A stretch of DNA of 64,000 bases from positions 224,001-288,000 of the forward strand of contig CAVZMH010000016.1 of NCBI GenBank assembly GCA_963776345.1. The letters are read 5' to 3'. The DNA is from an uncultured delta proteobacterium (lineage in GTDB: Bacteria > Myxococcota > Myxococcia > Myxococcales > Myxococcaceae). The stretch's first letter is position 1. Each line of letters opens with the position of its first letter. Shown here in pieces: positions 1 through 10,212 of the stretch. The translations under genes were made by a program, and so were the position numbers. The notes under the pieces are model-generated. The model had not been told where the DNA came from and did not search any database. It saw only the letters and a program-made list of their open reading frames with translations.

Positions 1-76
1 CGAGGTGAACGCGGCCCTGCGGGAGTTCCTCAAGCCGCTCGACGCCGCCGCGGTGAAGAAGCGCAAGTCCGGATGA
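1..76 (+). CDS. 3' end of a gene entering the window, probably an alpha/beta-hydrolase
   Basis: Frame 2 reads EVNAALREFLKPLDAAAVKKRKSG*. EVNxxLxxFL is a typical final helix of alpha/beta hydrolases. The stop overlaps the next ATG (ATGA). Confidence 0.45.
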   Translation, partial: EVNAALREFLKPLDAAAVKKRKSG

Positions 77-1716
77 GGGCACGGGAGAGAGGCTCTGGCA
101 CAATGGGCGCGATGAGGGGACTGCACGCGGCGTTCCTGGGCATGTCGCTCACCGCGGCCGCTGGTCCGACGGATTCCGGGGCCACGCTCGAGGTGGCCAA
201 CCGCCGGGTGTTCACCTTCCGCGCCACCGCGGCCGGGAGCAGCCCCGCCGAGCGGCTAGCAAACGCCCGCGCACGCCTCGAGCAGCTCCCCACGCGAGGG
301 CCGTTGGAGATGGTCGAGACGCACCCGGTGCAGGTCGGGAGCGAGAAGGGCACCGCAGTCATGGTGGGGCCTCGCCTCGCCTTCGTCGTCGCCGAGGGCG
401 ATGTTGACCGCGAGGCCGGAGAGACCACCGAGGGGGTCGCGCGCCAGGTGGCGCGGACGCTGTCGGAGGCGCTCGGCGCGGAGCGGGAGCAGCGCTCGGT
501 GCGCCTGCTGCTCCGCTCGGTGCTCCGGGCGGTGCTGGGAACGCTCGTGGCCGCAGGGCTGCTCTGGCTCTTCATCCGGGGCAGGCGCGCCGCCCTCGGC
601 GGTGTGGCCCGGATCAGCCGGCGCGAGGGCTTCCGGCTCTGGGGCATCGACTTCGGGCCGATCATCCGCTCGGCCCTCCGCGGTCTGACATTCGTCGTCT
701 TCTGGGCCCTGGTTCTCTCGGCGACCGAGATCTGGGTCACCTATGTCCTCTCGGTCTTCCCGCTCACCCGCCCATGGTCCAACGCGCTCCTGGGCAGCGT
801 CCTGAAGCTGCTCGCCCGCCTGGGGAAGTCGCTCCTCGGCGGGCTGCCGGACCTCGTGACCGCCGTGGCCATCCTGCTCATCGGAAGGGCCGTGGCGGGG
901 TTCTTCTCCACCGTGGTGCAACGGGTCGAGGAGGGCACGAGCGTCGTGCCCGGCATCTACCCGGAGACCGCCGGAGCCACCCGGCGGCTGCTGGTGGGGG
1001 CGGTGTGGCTGGTCACCATCGCCGCGGCCTACCCCTACCTGCCTGGCTCGGGCTCCGAGGCCTTCAAGGGCCTGAGTCTGGTCGTGGGCCTCGGCCTCTC
1101 GCTCGGCTCCACCGGCATCGTGGCGCAGGCGATGAGCGGGCTGGTGGTCATCTACTCCCGGGCGCTCTCGCGTGGGGACTGCGTGCGGATCGGCGAGACG
1201 GAGGGAGTGGTGACCGAGGTCCACATCCTCTCCACGCGTCTGGTCACCATCCAAGGGGAGGAGGTCACCATCCCCAACACCGTGGTGGTGAACGGGCCGG
1301 TGAAGAACTTCGGCCGCGCGCGAGCGGGCCAGGGCGCGCTGGTCTCGGCCAGGGTGAGCATCGGGTATGACGCCCCGTGGCGGCAGGTCCACGCCCTCCT
1401 TCTCGGGGCCGCGAAGGAGACCGCCGGGCTGCGGTCCGAGCCCGCCCCATACGTCCTGCAGCGCGCGCTCGACGACTTCTACGTCCAGTACGAGCTGATC
1501 GCCGCGGTGGAGAAACCGGTCGACCGGCCCCTGGTCGCCTCGGCGCTGCACGCGCGCATCCAGGACGCGTTCAACGCCGCGGGGGTGCAGATCATGTCCC
1601 CCCACTTCGCGCTCCAGCCACGCAACCCGGTGCTCGGCGCCGCTCCGGTCAAGGAGGGCGCGGTGGAGGAGGCGCGGCCGGACCGCCCCGCCGCAGCGAC
1701 CGGCCCCGGCCGCTGA
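73..1716 (+). CDS. MscS-family mechanosensitive channel with periplasmic N-terminal domain
   Basis: Several TM helices, then GDCVRIG..EGVVTEV..LSTRL...GEEVTIPN and VSIGYDAPWRQV...IQDAFNAAGVQIMSPHF, which is the MscS cytoplasmic cage. The start may be at 103 or 112. Confidence 0.9.
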   Translation: MRARERGSGTMGAMRGLHAAFLGMSLTAAAGPTDSGATLEVANRRVFTFRATAAGSSPAERLANARARLEQLPTRGPLEMVETHPVQVGSEKGTAVMVGPRLAFVVAEGDVDREAGETTEGVARQVARTLSEALGAEREQRSVRLLLRSVLRAVLGTLVAAGLLWLFIRGRRAALGGVARISRREGFRLWGIDFGPIIRSALRGLTFVVFWALVLSATEIWVTYVLSVFPLTRPWSNALLGSVLKLLARLGKSLLGGLPDLVTAVAILLIGRAVAGFFSTVVQRVEEGTSVVPGIYPETAGATRRLLVGAVWLVTIAAAYPYLPGSGSEAFKGLSLVVGLGLSLGSTGIVAQAMSGLVVIYSRALSRGDCVRIGETEGVVTEVHILSTRLVTIQGEEVTIPNTVVVNGPVKNFGRARAGQGALVSARVSIGYDAPWRQVHALLLGAAKETAGLRSEPAPYVLQRALDDFYVQYELIAAVEKPVDRPLVASALHARIQDAFNAAGVQIMSPHFALQPRNPVLGAAPVKEGAVEEARPDRPAAATGPGR

Positions 1717-4491
1717 CCACGGCGAGGCCCGGGGGGGATTCAGCTCCCTGAGAATCTTGAGCACCTGCTCCTCGACACGGGGCGCGTAGAGCTTCTCCTC
1801 GGTGAGGGACCCGTCGAGCTGGATCACCCGGGCGATGGTTCCGGTCCAACCGGTCTGATGGCTCGCGCCGACGCCCGCGCCGTTGTCGCCGTGGAAGTAC
1901 TCGTAGAACAGGACGCAGTCGCGCCAGTGCGGATCGTTCTGGAACTTCTCCGATCCGCCGAACACCGGCCGCTTGCCGGAGGGGTCGCGCAGGAAGGTCC
2001 GGATCAGCCGCTCGGCGAGCTCGTGCGCCACCCCGAAGAGCGTGAGCTCCTTCCCCGAGCCGGTGGGACACTCCACCTTGAACGTGTCGCCGTAGTACGC
2101 GCCGAGCCGGAGCAGCGCGGCCCAGAGCAGGAGGTTCACCGGCATCCATACCGGTCCTCGCCAGTTGGAGTTTCCGCCGAACATCCCGCTGTCGGAATCA
2201 CCCGGGACGTAGCCCACCCGGAACTCCTGGCCACCGTGCTGGAACACGTAGGGATGCTCGAGGTGGTGACGCGAGAGGGCACGGATGCCGTGGGGACCGA
2301 GGAATTCCTTCTCGTCCAGCATCCGGCTCAGGATCCGGCGGAGCTTCTTCTCGTCGACGATGGAGACCATCCTCCGGCCGCCGACACCGGGCTCCGACGG
2401 CATGTGAATGTTGGCCGCGAGCTCGGGGTGACGGGGAACGAATTTCCAGGCGTTCTTCCTGAAGGTCGGCAGCCGCGCGAGGATGTCCTCGTCGAAGATC
2501 GCCACCGCACCCAGCGGCAGGAGACCCACCATGGAGCGGACCTTCAGCCGGGTGGCGCTCCCGTCCGGGAGCCGGAGGACGTCGTAGAAGAACCCGTCCT
2601 CCTCGTCCCACATGTCGTCGTGGTTCTCGCCCACCCGGTCCATGGCCGCCGAGATCCACAGGGTGTGCTCGAAGAACTTGCTGACGAACTCCTCGTAGGC
2701 CGGATTGTGCAGCGCCAGCTCCACGGCGATCCGCAGCATCTGCTGGCTGAAGAAGACCATCCAGGCGGTGCCGTCCGCCTGCTCCAGCGATCCGCCGGTG
2801 GGCAGCGGCGAGCTCCGGTCGAACACGCCGATGTTGTCCAGGCCGAGAAAGCCCCCCTCGAAGACGTTGTTCCCGCTGCGGTCCTTCCGGTTCACCCACC
2901 AGGTGAAGTTCACCAGCAGCTTGGAGAAGGCGTAGCCCAGGAAGGCGATGTCTCCCTTCCCGCCGTTCCGCTCCTTGTCCTGCAGGTAGACCTGCATCGT
3001 GGCGTGAGCGTGGACCGGCGGATTCACGTCGCCGAAGTTCCACTCGTACGCCGGCATCTGGCCGTTGGGATGCAGGTAGTCGTTCCGCAGCATGAGATCG
3101 AGCTGGGACTTGGCGAAGTCAGGGTCCACCATCGCCAGCGGGATCACGTGGAACGCCAGGTCCCAGGCCGCGTACCAGGGGTACTCCCACTTGTCCGGCA
3201 TGGAGATGATGTCGTCGTTCAGCATGTGGAACCACTCGGCGTTCCGCACTCGCTGCCGCAGCGCGGGGGGTGTGCCTGGGTCCACCCGGTGCTCCTTGAG
3301 CCAGGTCGAGAGGTCGTAGTGGAAGTACTGCTTGCTCCAGAGCATGCCGGCCAGCGCTTGCCGCATCACCCGCGCCCGGTCGGGGTCGCCCTTCACCGCC
3401 GGGGGGGTGATGGAGTCGTAGAAGGCATCGGCCTCGCGCAGGCGCTGGTCGAAGACGCCATCGAGGTCCTGGAAGGGCGCCGGGGTCTGCGCCGGGGCGC
3501 TCGGGGTGAGCCGCAGCCTGACGGTCCGGGTCTGGCCCGGGCCGACGGTGAGCGGGAGGTGCGCCGCGACCTTGGTGCCGCGCGCCGCCGGGTTCACCGC
3601 GTCCGTCCGGCCGTGGACCAGGAAGTCGTTGATCCCGTCCTTCACGTACGGGGAGACGTTGGGCTGTCCCCAGAGCCGCTGGTGATTGGTCTCGTTCTCG
3701 GTGAAGAGCAGCGTGGGCTTGCCGTCGCAGTACAGGAAGTGGTCGGGCAGCGACTCCTGGGAGGGCGAGACGGCGGGGTGCGCGGCGACCACGCTCGCGC
3801 CGGGATGCGGCACGCGCTCGAGGAGGGGCTTGCTGCCGTCGCTCCAGGACCAGGTGTTCCGGAACCACAGGGTGGGGAGCAGGTGGACCGTCGCCGCCTC
3901 CGGGCCGCGGTTGGCGACGTGGATCCGCACCAGGATGTCCTCCGGGCCCGCCTTGGCGTACTCGACGAAGACGTCGAAGTAGCGGTCCTCGGCGAAGGCG
4001 CCGGTGTCCAGCAGCTCGTATTCGAGCTCCTGCTTTCCGCGCGATCCGTTGGTGCGGACCAGGTCCTCGTACGGGAACCGGCGCTGCGGATACTTGTAGA
4101 GGTACTTCATGTACGAGTGCGTCGGAGTGCTGTCGAGGTAGAAGTAATATTCCTTCACGTCCTCGCCGTGGTTGCCCTCGCTGTTGGTGAGGCCGAAGAG
4201 CCGCTCCTTGACGATCGGATCGCGGCCGTTCCAGAGCGCGAGCGCGAAGCAGAGCCGCTGCTTGCTGTCCGAGATTCCCGCCAGACCGTCCTCGCCCCAG
4301 CGGTACGCGCGCGAGCGCGCCTGGTCGTGGGTGAAGTAGTTCCAGGCGTTCCCGTCCTCGCTGTAGTCCTCGCGGACGGTGCCCCACTGCCGTTCGCTGA
4401 GGTAAGGGCCCCACTGCTTCCAGTCGGCCCTTCCGCTGCGGCAGTCCTCGAGCCGGGCCTGTTCCGCATCGACGCGCTTGTCGGCCATCAT
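1649..4491 (-). CDS. MGH1-like glycoside hydrolase family 63 (glucosidase); 3' end uncertain because of a probable indel at the G7 run 1731-1737
   Basis: [74 protein letters not shown]. As assembled, the frame runs on to 256 antisense to mscS. One extra base in the homopolymer would give a stop at 1649. Confidence 0.85.
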
Positions 4492-4504
4492 TCTCTCCCC
4501 CCCG

Positions 4505-5326
4505 TCAGTACCGCGCCGGGACGAAGCGCCGGCCCTTCAGCGAGGCGCGATCGTCGTAGGCGTGCTTCTTCGACCGATCGGGCAGTTCCACCTTCTCGCG
4601 CGGAACCTTCCCGTAGGGGATCTGCCCGAGGAGGTGGTGGATGACGTTGAGCCGGGCGCGCTTCTTGTCGTCCGAGGGCACGATCAACCACGGGGAGGCC
4701 TTCGAATCGCTGGCGGCGAGCATCGCGTCCCGCGCCCGGGAGTACTCGAACCACCTGGTCCGCGACGGAAGGTCTGTCTTGCTCAGCTTCCACTGCCGCA
4801 ACGGGTCGTGGATGCGGGCCTTGAACCGCTTCGCCTGCTCGTCGTTGCTTACCTCGAGCCAGTACTTGAGGAGGATGATGCCGCTCTCGAGCAGGATCCG
4901 CTCGAACGCCGGGACCAGCTCCAGGAAGCGGTCGCGCTGGGCTGGGGTGCAGAAGCCCAGCACGTACTCGACGCCCGCCCGGTTGTACCAGCTGCGATCG
5001 AAGATCACGACCTCGCCCGCCGCCGGCATGTGAGGCAGGTACCGCTGGGCGTACATCTGCGACTTCTCGCGGTCCGAGGGAGCCGGCAGCGCGATGACCC
5101 GGAACACCCGGGGGCTCACCCGCTCGGTGATCGCCTTGATGGTCCCGCCCTTCCCTGCCCCGTCGCGACCCTCAAAGACCAGTACGACCTTGAGTCCCTT
5201 GTACTTGACCCACTCTTGAAGCTTGCAGAGCTCCGCCTGCAGCTTGAGCAATTCCTTCCGGTATTTCTTCCCACTCAGCTTCTCTTCTGCCGATTCACCT
5301 GCAACGGACCTGGGCATGGCCGGCAT
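4505..5326 (-). CDS. ppk2: Polyphosphate kinase 2
   Basis: Walker A FEGRDGAGKGG, FDRSWYNRAGVE, RQWKLS, SDDKKRARLN. Confidence 0.95.
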   Translation of the reverse strand: MPAMPRSVAGESAEEKLSGKKYRKELLKLQAELCKLQEWVKYKGLKVVLVFEGRDGAGKGGTIKAITERVSPRVFRVIALPAPSDREKSQMYAQRYLPHMPAAGEVVIFDRSWYNRAGVEYVLGFCTPAQRDRFLELVPAFERILLESGIILLKYWLEVSNDEQAKRFKARIHDPLRQWKLSKTDLPSRTRWFEYSRARDAMLAASDSKASPWLIVPSDDKKRARLNVIHHLLGQIPYGKVPREKVELPDRSKKHAYDDRASLKGRRFVPARY

Positions 5327-5352
5327 TGAGGCGCAGCCCGGGGCCCCGGGCC

Positions 5353-5399
5353 ATACGACCATCGTCCACTGTGGCCGCCTCCGAGCAGGGACTTACACT
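5353..5399 (+). promoter_or_regulatory. Putative activator box plus -10 element for the 5434 gene
   Basis: ATACGACCATCGTCCA (core 5357-5366), with TACACT starting 28 nt after the core end. Confidence 0.55.
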
Positions 5400-5433
5400 T
5401 ACAGCCTTGCTGACACCCGAGGGAGGTGCGCCC

Positions 5434-6843
5434 ATGGCTCGCAAGGAATCGTCTGCCCCGTCTTCGACCTGGGTGACTTGCACCGAGCTGCTGCTCGAGC
5501 TGGTCCGGCTCGACACTGCCTACGGCGACCTCTACCGCCAGCGCGCCCGCCAGCTCGCCGCCAAGGAGTTCTCGGCCTCGGACTTCAAGGCGCTGCAGAA
5601 CGCCGAGCAGGCCCTCCAGTCGCTCCCTGGAGACATCCGGCGGGCGATGGACGACGGCAAGTGGGAGCAGGTCAAGAAGCTGACCGACGAGCTCGGCGGC
5701 AAGCAGCGCTTCGTCCAGGAGCGTGGCTCGCTCCGCAAGTGCGGCGAGCGGCTGTACGAGGACGAGGCGATCCACGTCGACCCGTTCTCTCCGGGGTTCT
5801 ACTGGTACCACCGCCGCGAGGAGCGTTCCTTGCCGGGCCTCCGGGACGACGCGGTCAGCAAGCTGCAGCAGGCCGCCCGGATCGACCCGGAGTGGAAGCC
5901 GCTCTACGAGGATCGTGAGAAGTGTCTCAAGGCCGTGCGTCTGGCCGAGCCGTCGGCGAGCGCGTCCGCCGCCAAGGGCCGGGGTGAGATGGAGCAGCGG
6001 GCCCGCGAGGCACTCGCCTCCGGCAACCTCGAGGAGCTCCAGAAACTCGCCGGCAGCCTCGAGCAGGGAGGCGGCGGAGCGGCCGGACCGGGCACCGCCG
6101 AGGCGACGGAGGACGTGGAGCGGGAGCCGCTCCGGGCGCAGTTCACCCCCGAAACGCTGCAGAAGGCGAAGGCCCTGGGGCTCGAGCCCGAGCTTTTCGA
6201 GATCTCGAGCCTGCGCGCGAAGTCTCGCCCGCTTCTCCGCCACCTGTGGCACCCGGTCTTCTTCGAGGCGGAGGGCAACCTGGCGGGGGCCAGGGTCACC
6301 GCCGCACTGCCCAAGGACACCTCCGACGCACAGCGCGACCGCATCGTGATGTTCGTCACCCGGCCGGTGCTCAGCTCGGGCGGCGCGCGGTTCATCCCCC
6401 CGCTGGTGGATGAGGACATGCTGGTCGAGAGCTTCGAGGAGGGGCCGGCCGGCTCGGAGGTGGGGAAGAACGGGCTCGCCGAAGCCCTTGACCTGAATCG
6501 GCGCTGGGGGCTCCACCGGATGGAGATCGAGCGCACCCTGCAGAGCAAGGGGCCCGAGCTGGTGAAGTCGCTCGGGCTGGACCCCTGGAAGTACCGCTTG
6601 GTCTGCGTCCCGCCGGACGTCTTCGGCCCGCTCGGGCAGCGGCGCGGCTGGGGCAAGCAGGAGATCTGGACGCACCTCGACGGCTATCTCGCCACCCGCG
6701 AGCGCAAGCTCCTGGCCCTCGCCGGGGGCGACGTCCGCTACGGCGGCGTCATGGACATGGTGGGGGTCGGCATCGAGTACGACAGTGACCGTCTCCTGGT
6801 CCGCTTCGCCATCGTCGACCGGCGACGGATCCGGGCCTGGTGA
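5434..6843 (+). CDS. Hypothetical cytoplasmic protein (about 469 aa)
   Basis: GGAGG RBS before ATG 5434, host-like codon usage, helical N-terminal half, no recognisable motif. Confidence 0.8.
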   Translation: MARKESSAPSSTWVTCTELLLELVRLDTAYGDLYRQRARQLAAKEFSASDFKALQNAEQALQSLPGDIRRAMDDGKWEQVKKLTDELGGKQRFVQERGSLRKCGERLYEDEAIHVDPFSPGFYWYHRREERSLPGLRDDAVSKLQQAARIDPEWKPLYEDREKCLKAVRLAEPSASASAAKGRGEMEQRAREALASGNLEELQKLAGSLEQGGGGAAGPGTAEATEDVEREPLRAQFTPETLQKAKALGLEPELFEISSLRAKSRPLLRHLWHPVFFEAEGNLAGARVTAALPKDTSDAQRDRIVMFVTRPVLSSGGARFIPPLVDEDMLVESFEEGPAGSEVGKNGLAEALDLNRRWGLHRMEIERTLQSKGPELVKSLGLDPWKYRLVCVPPDVFGPLGQRRGWGKQEIWTHLDGYLATRERKLLALAGGDVRYGGVMDMVGVGIEYDSDRLLVRFAIVDRRRIRAW

Positions 6844-6850
6844 ACCGCGC

Positions 6851-8221
6851 TCAGAACGCCTCGCCGGCGCCGAAGTAGAAACCGCGGGTGTTGTTGGCGA
6901 ACGTCATGTCCAGGGTGATGTTGGTCCGCGACTGCCGGTTCATCATGATCCGCAGCCCGAACCCGCCAGCGACCTCCGGGTGCTCGAATAGCGATTCGCC
7001 GGCCTCGACGTACCCCTGGTAGCTCACCGGGGGCCGGGTGAACGTGGACAGGTTGGCGAAGACCACGCCACCGAGCAGGCCGTTGTCGGTGATGCGGAAC
7101 CGCCACTCCGCCTCGGTGTAGACCGCCGCCGTTCCCCGGAAGCGACCCTGGACCCAGCCACGCCCGGTGCGGTTGCGAGCGTCCCAGCCGATGGACGGCA
7201 GGGCCAGGTACGGCAGTGTGCCGCTCACCTGCCCCTGTGCGACGACCCAGAACGCCAGCACGTTGCGGGGGATGTCGGGCGAGAGTCCGATGTAGGTGCG
7301 GAACTCGCTGGAGACGAAGGAGGCCGCCTGGCTGTTTCCGAACCAGGTCGGGTTCCACTGGTAAGAGACGCTGGCGTAGACGCCGCGGTAGGCGTTGATG
7401 GTCGAGTCGCGCGTGTCGTAGAGCACGTTGAGACTGAGCCCGTTGGAGTTGTACGCCTTGGTTCCGAAACCGGCGATCTGGCTGTAGGCGTAGTGGCTGG
7501 TGACGGCTGGCGGGCTCGCTCCGAGGTCGAGGCGGAGATCCTCGATGCCGTAGTACCGATCGAACGACACACCCGGACCGACGTAGAGCTCGCCCCAGAC
7601 CTTCCTCAACGCGTTCTGGTGGAACCGGAGGAGGTTCATGTTCATCGGCTGCGCACCGTCGACGGCGGCGGTGGTGCCGATGCCGTTGAAGGTGAACCCC
7701 GAGCTGACCGGGGTGTGACCCGTGCCCAGGCCGAAGGTGTCCTGGTTGAAGAGCATGAAGCGCCAGTCGCCCTGGAACTCCCAGGTGTTCCCCGCGGTGA
7801 GGAAGGTGCTGTTGATCTGGGTGATGAACTGGTTCTTGGTCGTGTACAGCACCATCGCCTGGAGATTGGAGATGGTCGTGGTCTCCGGATCGCCCAGGTA
7901 GATGCCGAAGATCCCCACCGCGCCGAAGAGGAATCCGACGGTCGGGTTGTAGGCGAAGGCCGGGAGGATCGCGAGCAACGGCTCGAACGCCTTCGGGCGC
8001 GCGGCCTTCTTCTCCGACAGGCCAACGGCGATGAACAGGTCGGTCTCGTCGCGGTACGGCTCGCACCGTCCCGACTGGCAGACGGATCCGTGACCGGAGC
8101 GCGCGCGGCACTGCCCGTTGTCCTCGCAGGCGACCGGCGCATCCGCCTCCGCATGCACCGCCGGGCCGAGCGACAGCGCCGCCAGGAGACCGAGATCCCG
8201 GATGCCTCGAAGGTGCCCCAT
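6851..8221 (-). CDS. Omp85/BamA-TamA-family outer-membrane barrel without POTRA domains
   Basis: Signal peptide, YDTRDSTINAYRG, GRGWVQGRFRG (loop-6 RGF/Y-like), C-terminal FYFGAGEAF. Confidence 0.8.
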   Translation of the reverse strand: MGHLRGIRDLGLLAALSLGPAVHAEADAPVACEDNGQCRARSGHGSVCQSGRCEPYRDETDLFIAVGLSEKKAARPKAFEPLLAILPAFAYNPTVGFLFGAVGIFGIYLGDPETTTISNLQAMVLYTTKNQFITQINSTFLTAGNTWEFQGDWRFMLFNQDTFGLGTGHTPVSSGFTFNGIGTTAAVDGAQPMNMNLLRFHQNALRKVWGELYVGPGVSFDRYYGIEDLRLDLGASPPAVTSHYAYSQIAGFGTKAYNSNGLSLNVLYDTRDSTINAYRGVYASVSYQWNPTWFGNSQAASFVSSEFRTYIGLSPDIPRNVLAFWVVAQGQVSGTLPYLALPSIGWDARNRTGRGWVQGRFRGTAAVYTEAEWRFRITDNGLLGGVVFANLSTFTRPPVSYQGYVEAGESLFEHPEVAGGFGLRIMMNRQSRTNITLDMTFANNTRGFYFGAGEAF

Positions 8222-8281
8222 GCCGTCACCCCCAGGAACCGCGGGCGATCCCTACTCGAAGCGCATCCGCGGAGAATCGTT

Positions 8282-8324
8282 GGACCTTGGTCTCATTGTC
8301 GCCCCCGCGTCCCGCTGAGACCCT
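8282..8324 (+). promoter_or_regulatory. Activator box overlapping -35 of the DUF4136 operon promoter
   Basis: GGACCTTGGTCTCATTG, identical at 22302(-) and 23344(+), followed by TTGTCG-N17-GACCCT. Confidence 0.7.
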
Positions 8325-8354
8325 CACTCCATCTCGGGAGAGGAGGCCCGTTCA

Positions 8355-8981
8355 ATGTCCCGTGTCGGGAAGAACTTCGCACCACCCATCCTAGGCCTAG
8401 GCCTGCTGCTTGCCGCCTGTCACCCCACTGGCGCCGAGTACGTCTCCGATCTCGACGTGGTGGCCACCACCCACGACGCGACCTTCGACTTCGCCACCCC
8501 GAGTACCTACTCGCGACCGGACCGGATCTACCTGATCAGCGGCGATCCGACCTCGACGCCTCCGGATCGGCTGAATCCTCAGCTCGAGCAGCTCATCCTG
8601 AACACGCTGGACAACGAGATGAATGCGCTCGGGTACACGCTGGTCAGCGTGGGCCAGACGCCAGATCTCGTCATCACCGCCGGGGCGCTGAAGGTGACCA
8701 ACGTCAGCTACTACTACGGCTACTGGTGCGGCTACTGGGCGTACTACTACCCCTGCTATCCGTACTATCCGCCGGTCGTCGGCGTCAGCACCTACACGGT
8801 GGGGACGCTGCTGATCGACATGGCGCCGTACTCCGCCACGCCGCCCGACAATCAGATCAAGGGCGTGTGGACGGCCGTCATCCGCGGGGTCCAGACCGGG
8901 AGCCAGTCCACCGACCAGACCCGGATCGTCAACGGCATCTCGCAGGCATTCATCCAGTCTCCGTACCTGGGGCGGCCATGA
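8355..8981 (+). CDS. DUF4136-family lipoprotein
   Basis: Lipobox LLAAC, FDFATPSTY, GY...PDL, Tyr/Trp-rich loop, YTVGTLLIDM, VWTA, AFIQSPYL. Confidence 0.8.
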   Translation: MSRVGKNFAPPILGLGLLLAACHPTGAEYVSDLDVVATTHDATFDFATPSTYSRPDRIYLISGDPTSTPPDRLNPQLEQLILNTLDNEMNALGYTLVSVGQTPDLVITAGALKVTNVSYYYGYWCGYWAYYYPCYPYYPPVVGVSTYTVGTLLIDMAPYSATPPDNQIKGVWTAVIRGVQTGSQSTDQTRIVNGISQAFIQSPYLGRP

Positions 8982-9593
8982 GAACGCACCGCACGCTGAT
9001 TCCCTTCGCCGCAGCTCCTCGTCCTGCTCTCGGCCTCGACGGCACGCGCCCAGCTCCCGCCGACGCTGGTGGGCCTCTCGTACCAGTTCTCGATCCCCAT
9101 CGGAGAGACCTACAACTACACGCCGCCGGTGAGCTGGCGGGGCGTCGGTCTCGACGTGGCGAGCTTCATCCGGCCTGACCTGGCGGTGGGGCTGGCCTTC
9201 GGGTGGAACGTCTTCCACGAGAACGTCACCGGCACCATCAACTTCAGGGGCACCGACGTCTACGGAAACCAGGACCGCACCCTGAACATCTGGCCCACGC
9301 TGGCCAACGCCCGGTGGTTCCCGAAGATCTCCAGCAACCGCGACATCCAGCCGTACATCGGGGCGAACATCGGCGGCTACATCATCGAGCGGTACTTCGC
9401 CGTGGGCCTGACCTCCGCCGTGGAGACGCACTACCACTTCGGTCTCGCTCCGGAGATCGGCGTCTTCTTCCAGAACCCGGTGGGCGCCGTCTTCCTCAAC
9501 GCCCGCTACAACATGGCCTTCGCCGCCGGCGGAGTGCCCTTCCAGCAGTTCCTCAGCATCAGCCTGGGCTACGCCTGGGAACACCAGCGCTAG
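8978..9593 (+). CDS. OmpW/OmpA-like 8-stranded outer-membrane beta-barrel protein (frameshift near 9015)
   Basis: MRTHRTLIPFAA joins LLVLLSASTARAQ after a one-base shift and completes a signal peptide. Alternating strands, PYIGANIGG, C-terminal ISLGYAW. Confidence 0.75.
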
Positions 9594-9612
9594 CTCCACG
9601 GGAGAAGAGAAC

Positions 9613-10165
9613 GTGCGCTCCATCAAGAACTTCATGCTGACCGCGGCGGCCGTGCTCGGCACCGCCGCCCTCGCGCAGGCCCCCGCGCCTGCACCCGCCC
9701 CGGCCCCCGCGGCGCCGGCGGCGGCCCCCACCCAGGACGCGGCGGCCTCCCTGCTGAAGGTCTACGTGTTCCCGGCCAACAACCAGACGCCGGACCTGCA
9801 GGCCAAGGACTCCAACGACTGCTACACCTGGGCCAAGCAGCAGACCGGGGTCGACCCGACCAATCCCACGGTGCCGGCGAAGGCCGACACCAGCCAGGCC
9901 GGAAAGGGCTCGGCAGTGAAGGGCGCCGCGAAGGGCGCGGCGGCGGGTGCGGCCATCGGGGCCATTGCCGGTGACACCGGCAAGGGTGCGGCGATCGGCG
10001 CCGACCGCGGGCGGCATGGGCGGCGTCGGCGGCAAGAAGCAGGCCCAGCAGCAGGCCGAGGCCCAGGCCAAGCAGCAGCAGCAGGCGGCAGTGAACCAGC
10101 AGATGGACGCCTTCAAGAAGGCGTACACCGCCTGCATGGAAGGAAAGAAGTACACCGTCAAGTAG
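9613..10165 (+). CDS. Exported glycine-zipper protein (frameshift near 10003)
   Basis: YVFPANNQT..QAKD..DCYTWAKQQTGVDP, GAAKGAAAGAAIGAIAGDTGKGAAIGA. It continues in the next frame to FKKAYTACMEGKKYTVK*. Confidence 0.8.
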
Positions 10166-10212
10166 CTGTGGCAAGGTCCGGAGAGGCACCGGACACCTGA
10201 CGGAGGCGGTAC

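Noticed and set aside
256..1648. Long C-terminal extension of the GH63 ORF
   Set aside because: It is antisense to a clear mscS gene and has low-complexity Arg/Gly/Pro composition; best explained by an indel.
1858..4644. 928-aa plus-strand ORF and similar long shadow ORFs (e.g. 17102-18982, 19403-21868, 23395-25542, 49600-52494)
   Set aside because: They are antisense or off-frame to well-supported genes, which is expected in 70% GC DNA, and show no protein motifs.
9675..9730. Pro/Ala repeats here and at 56056-56140
   Set aside because: Ordinary flexible protein linkers, not DNA repeat arrays.
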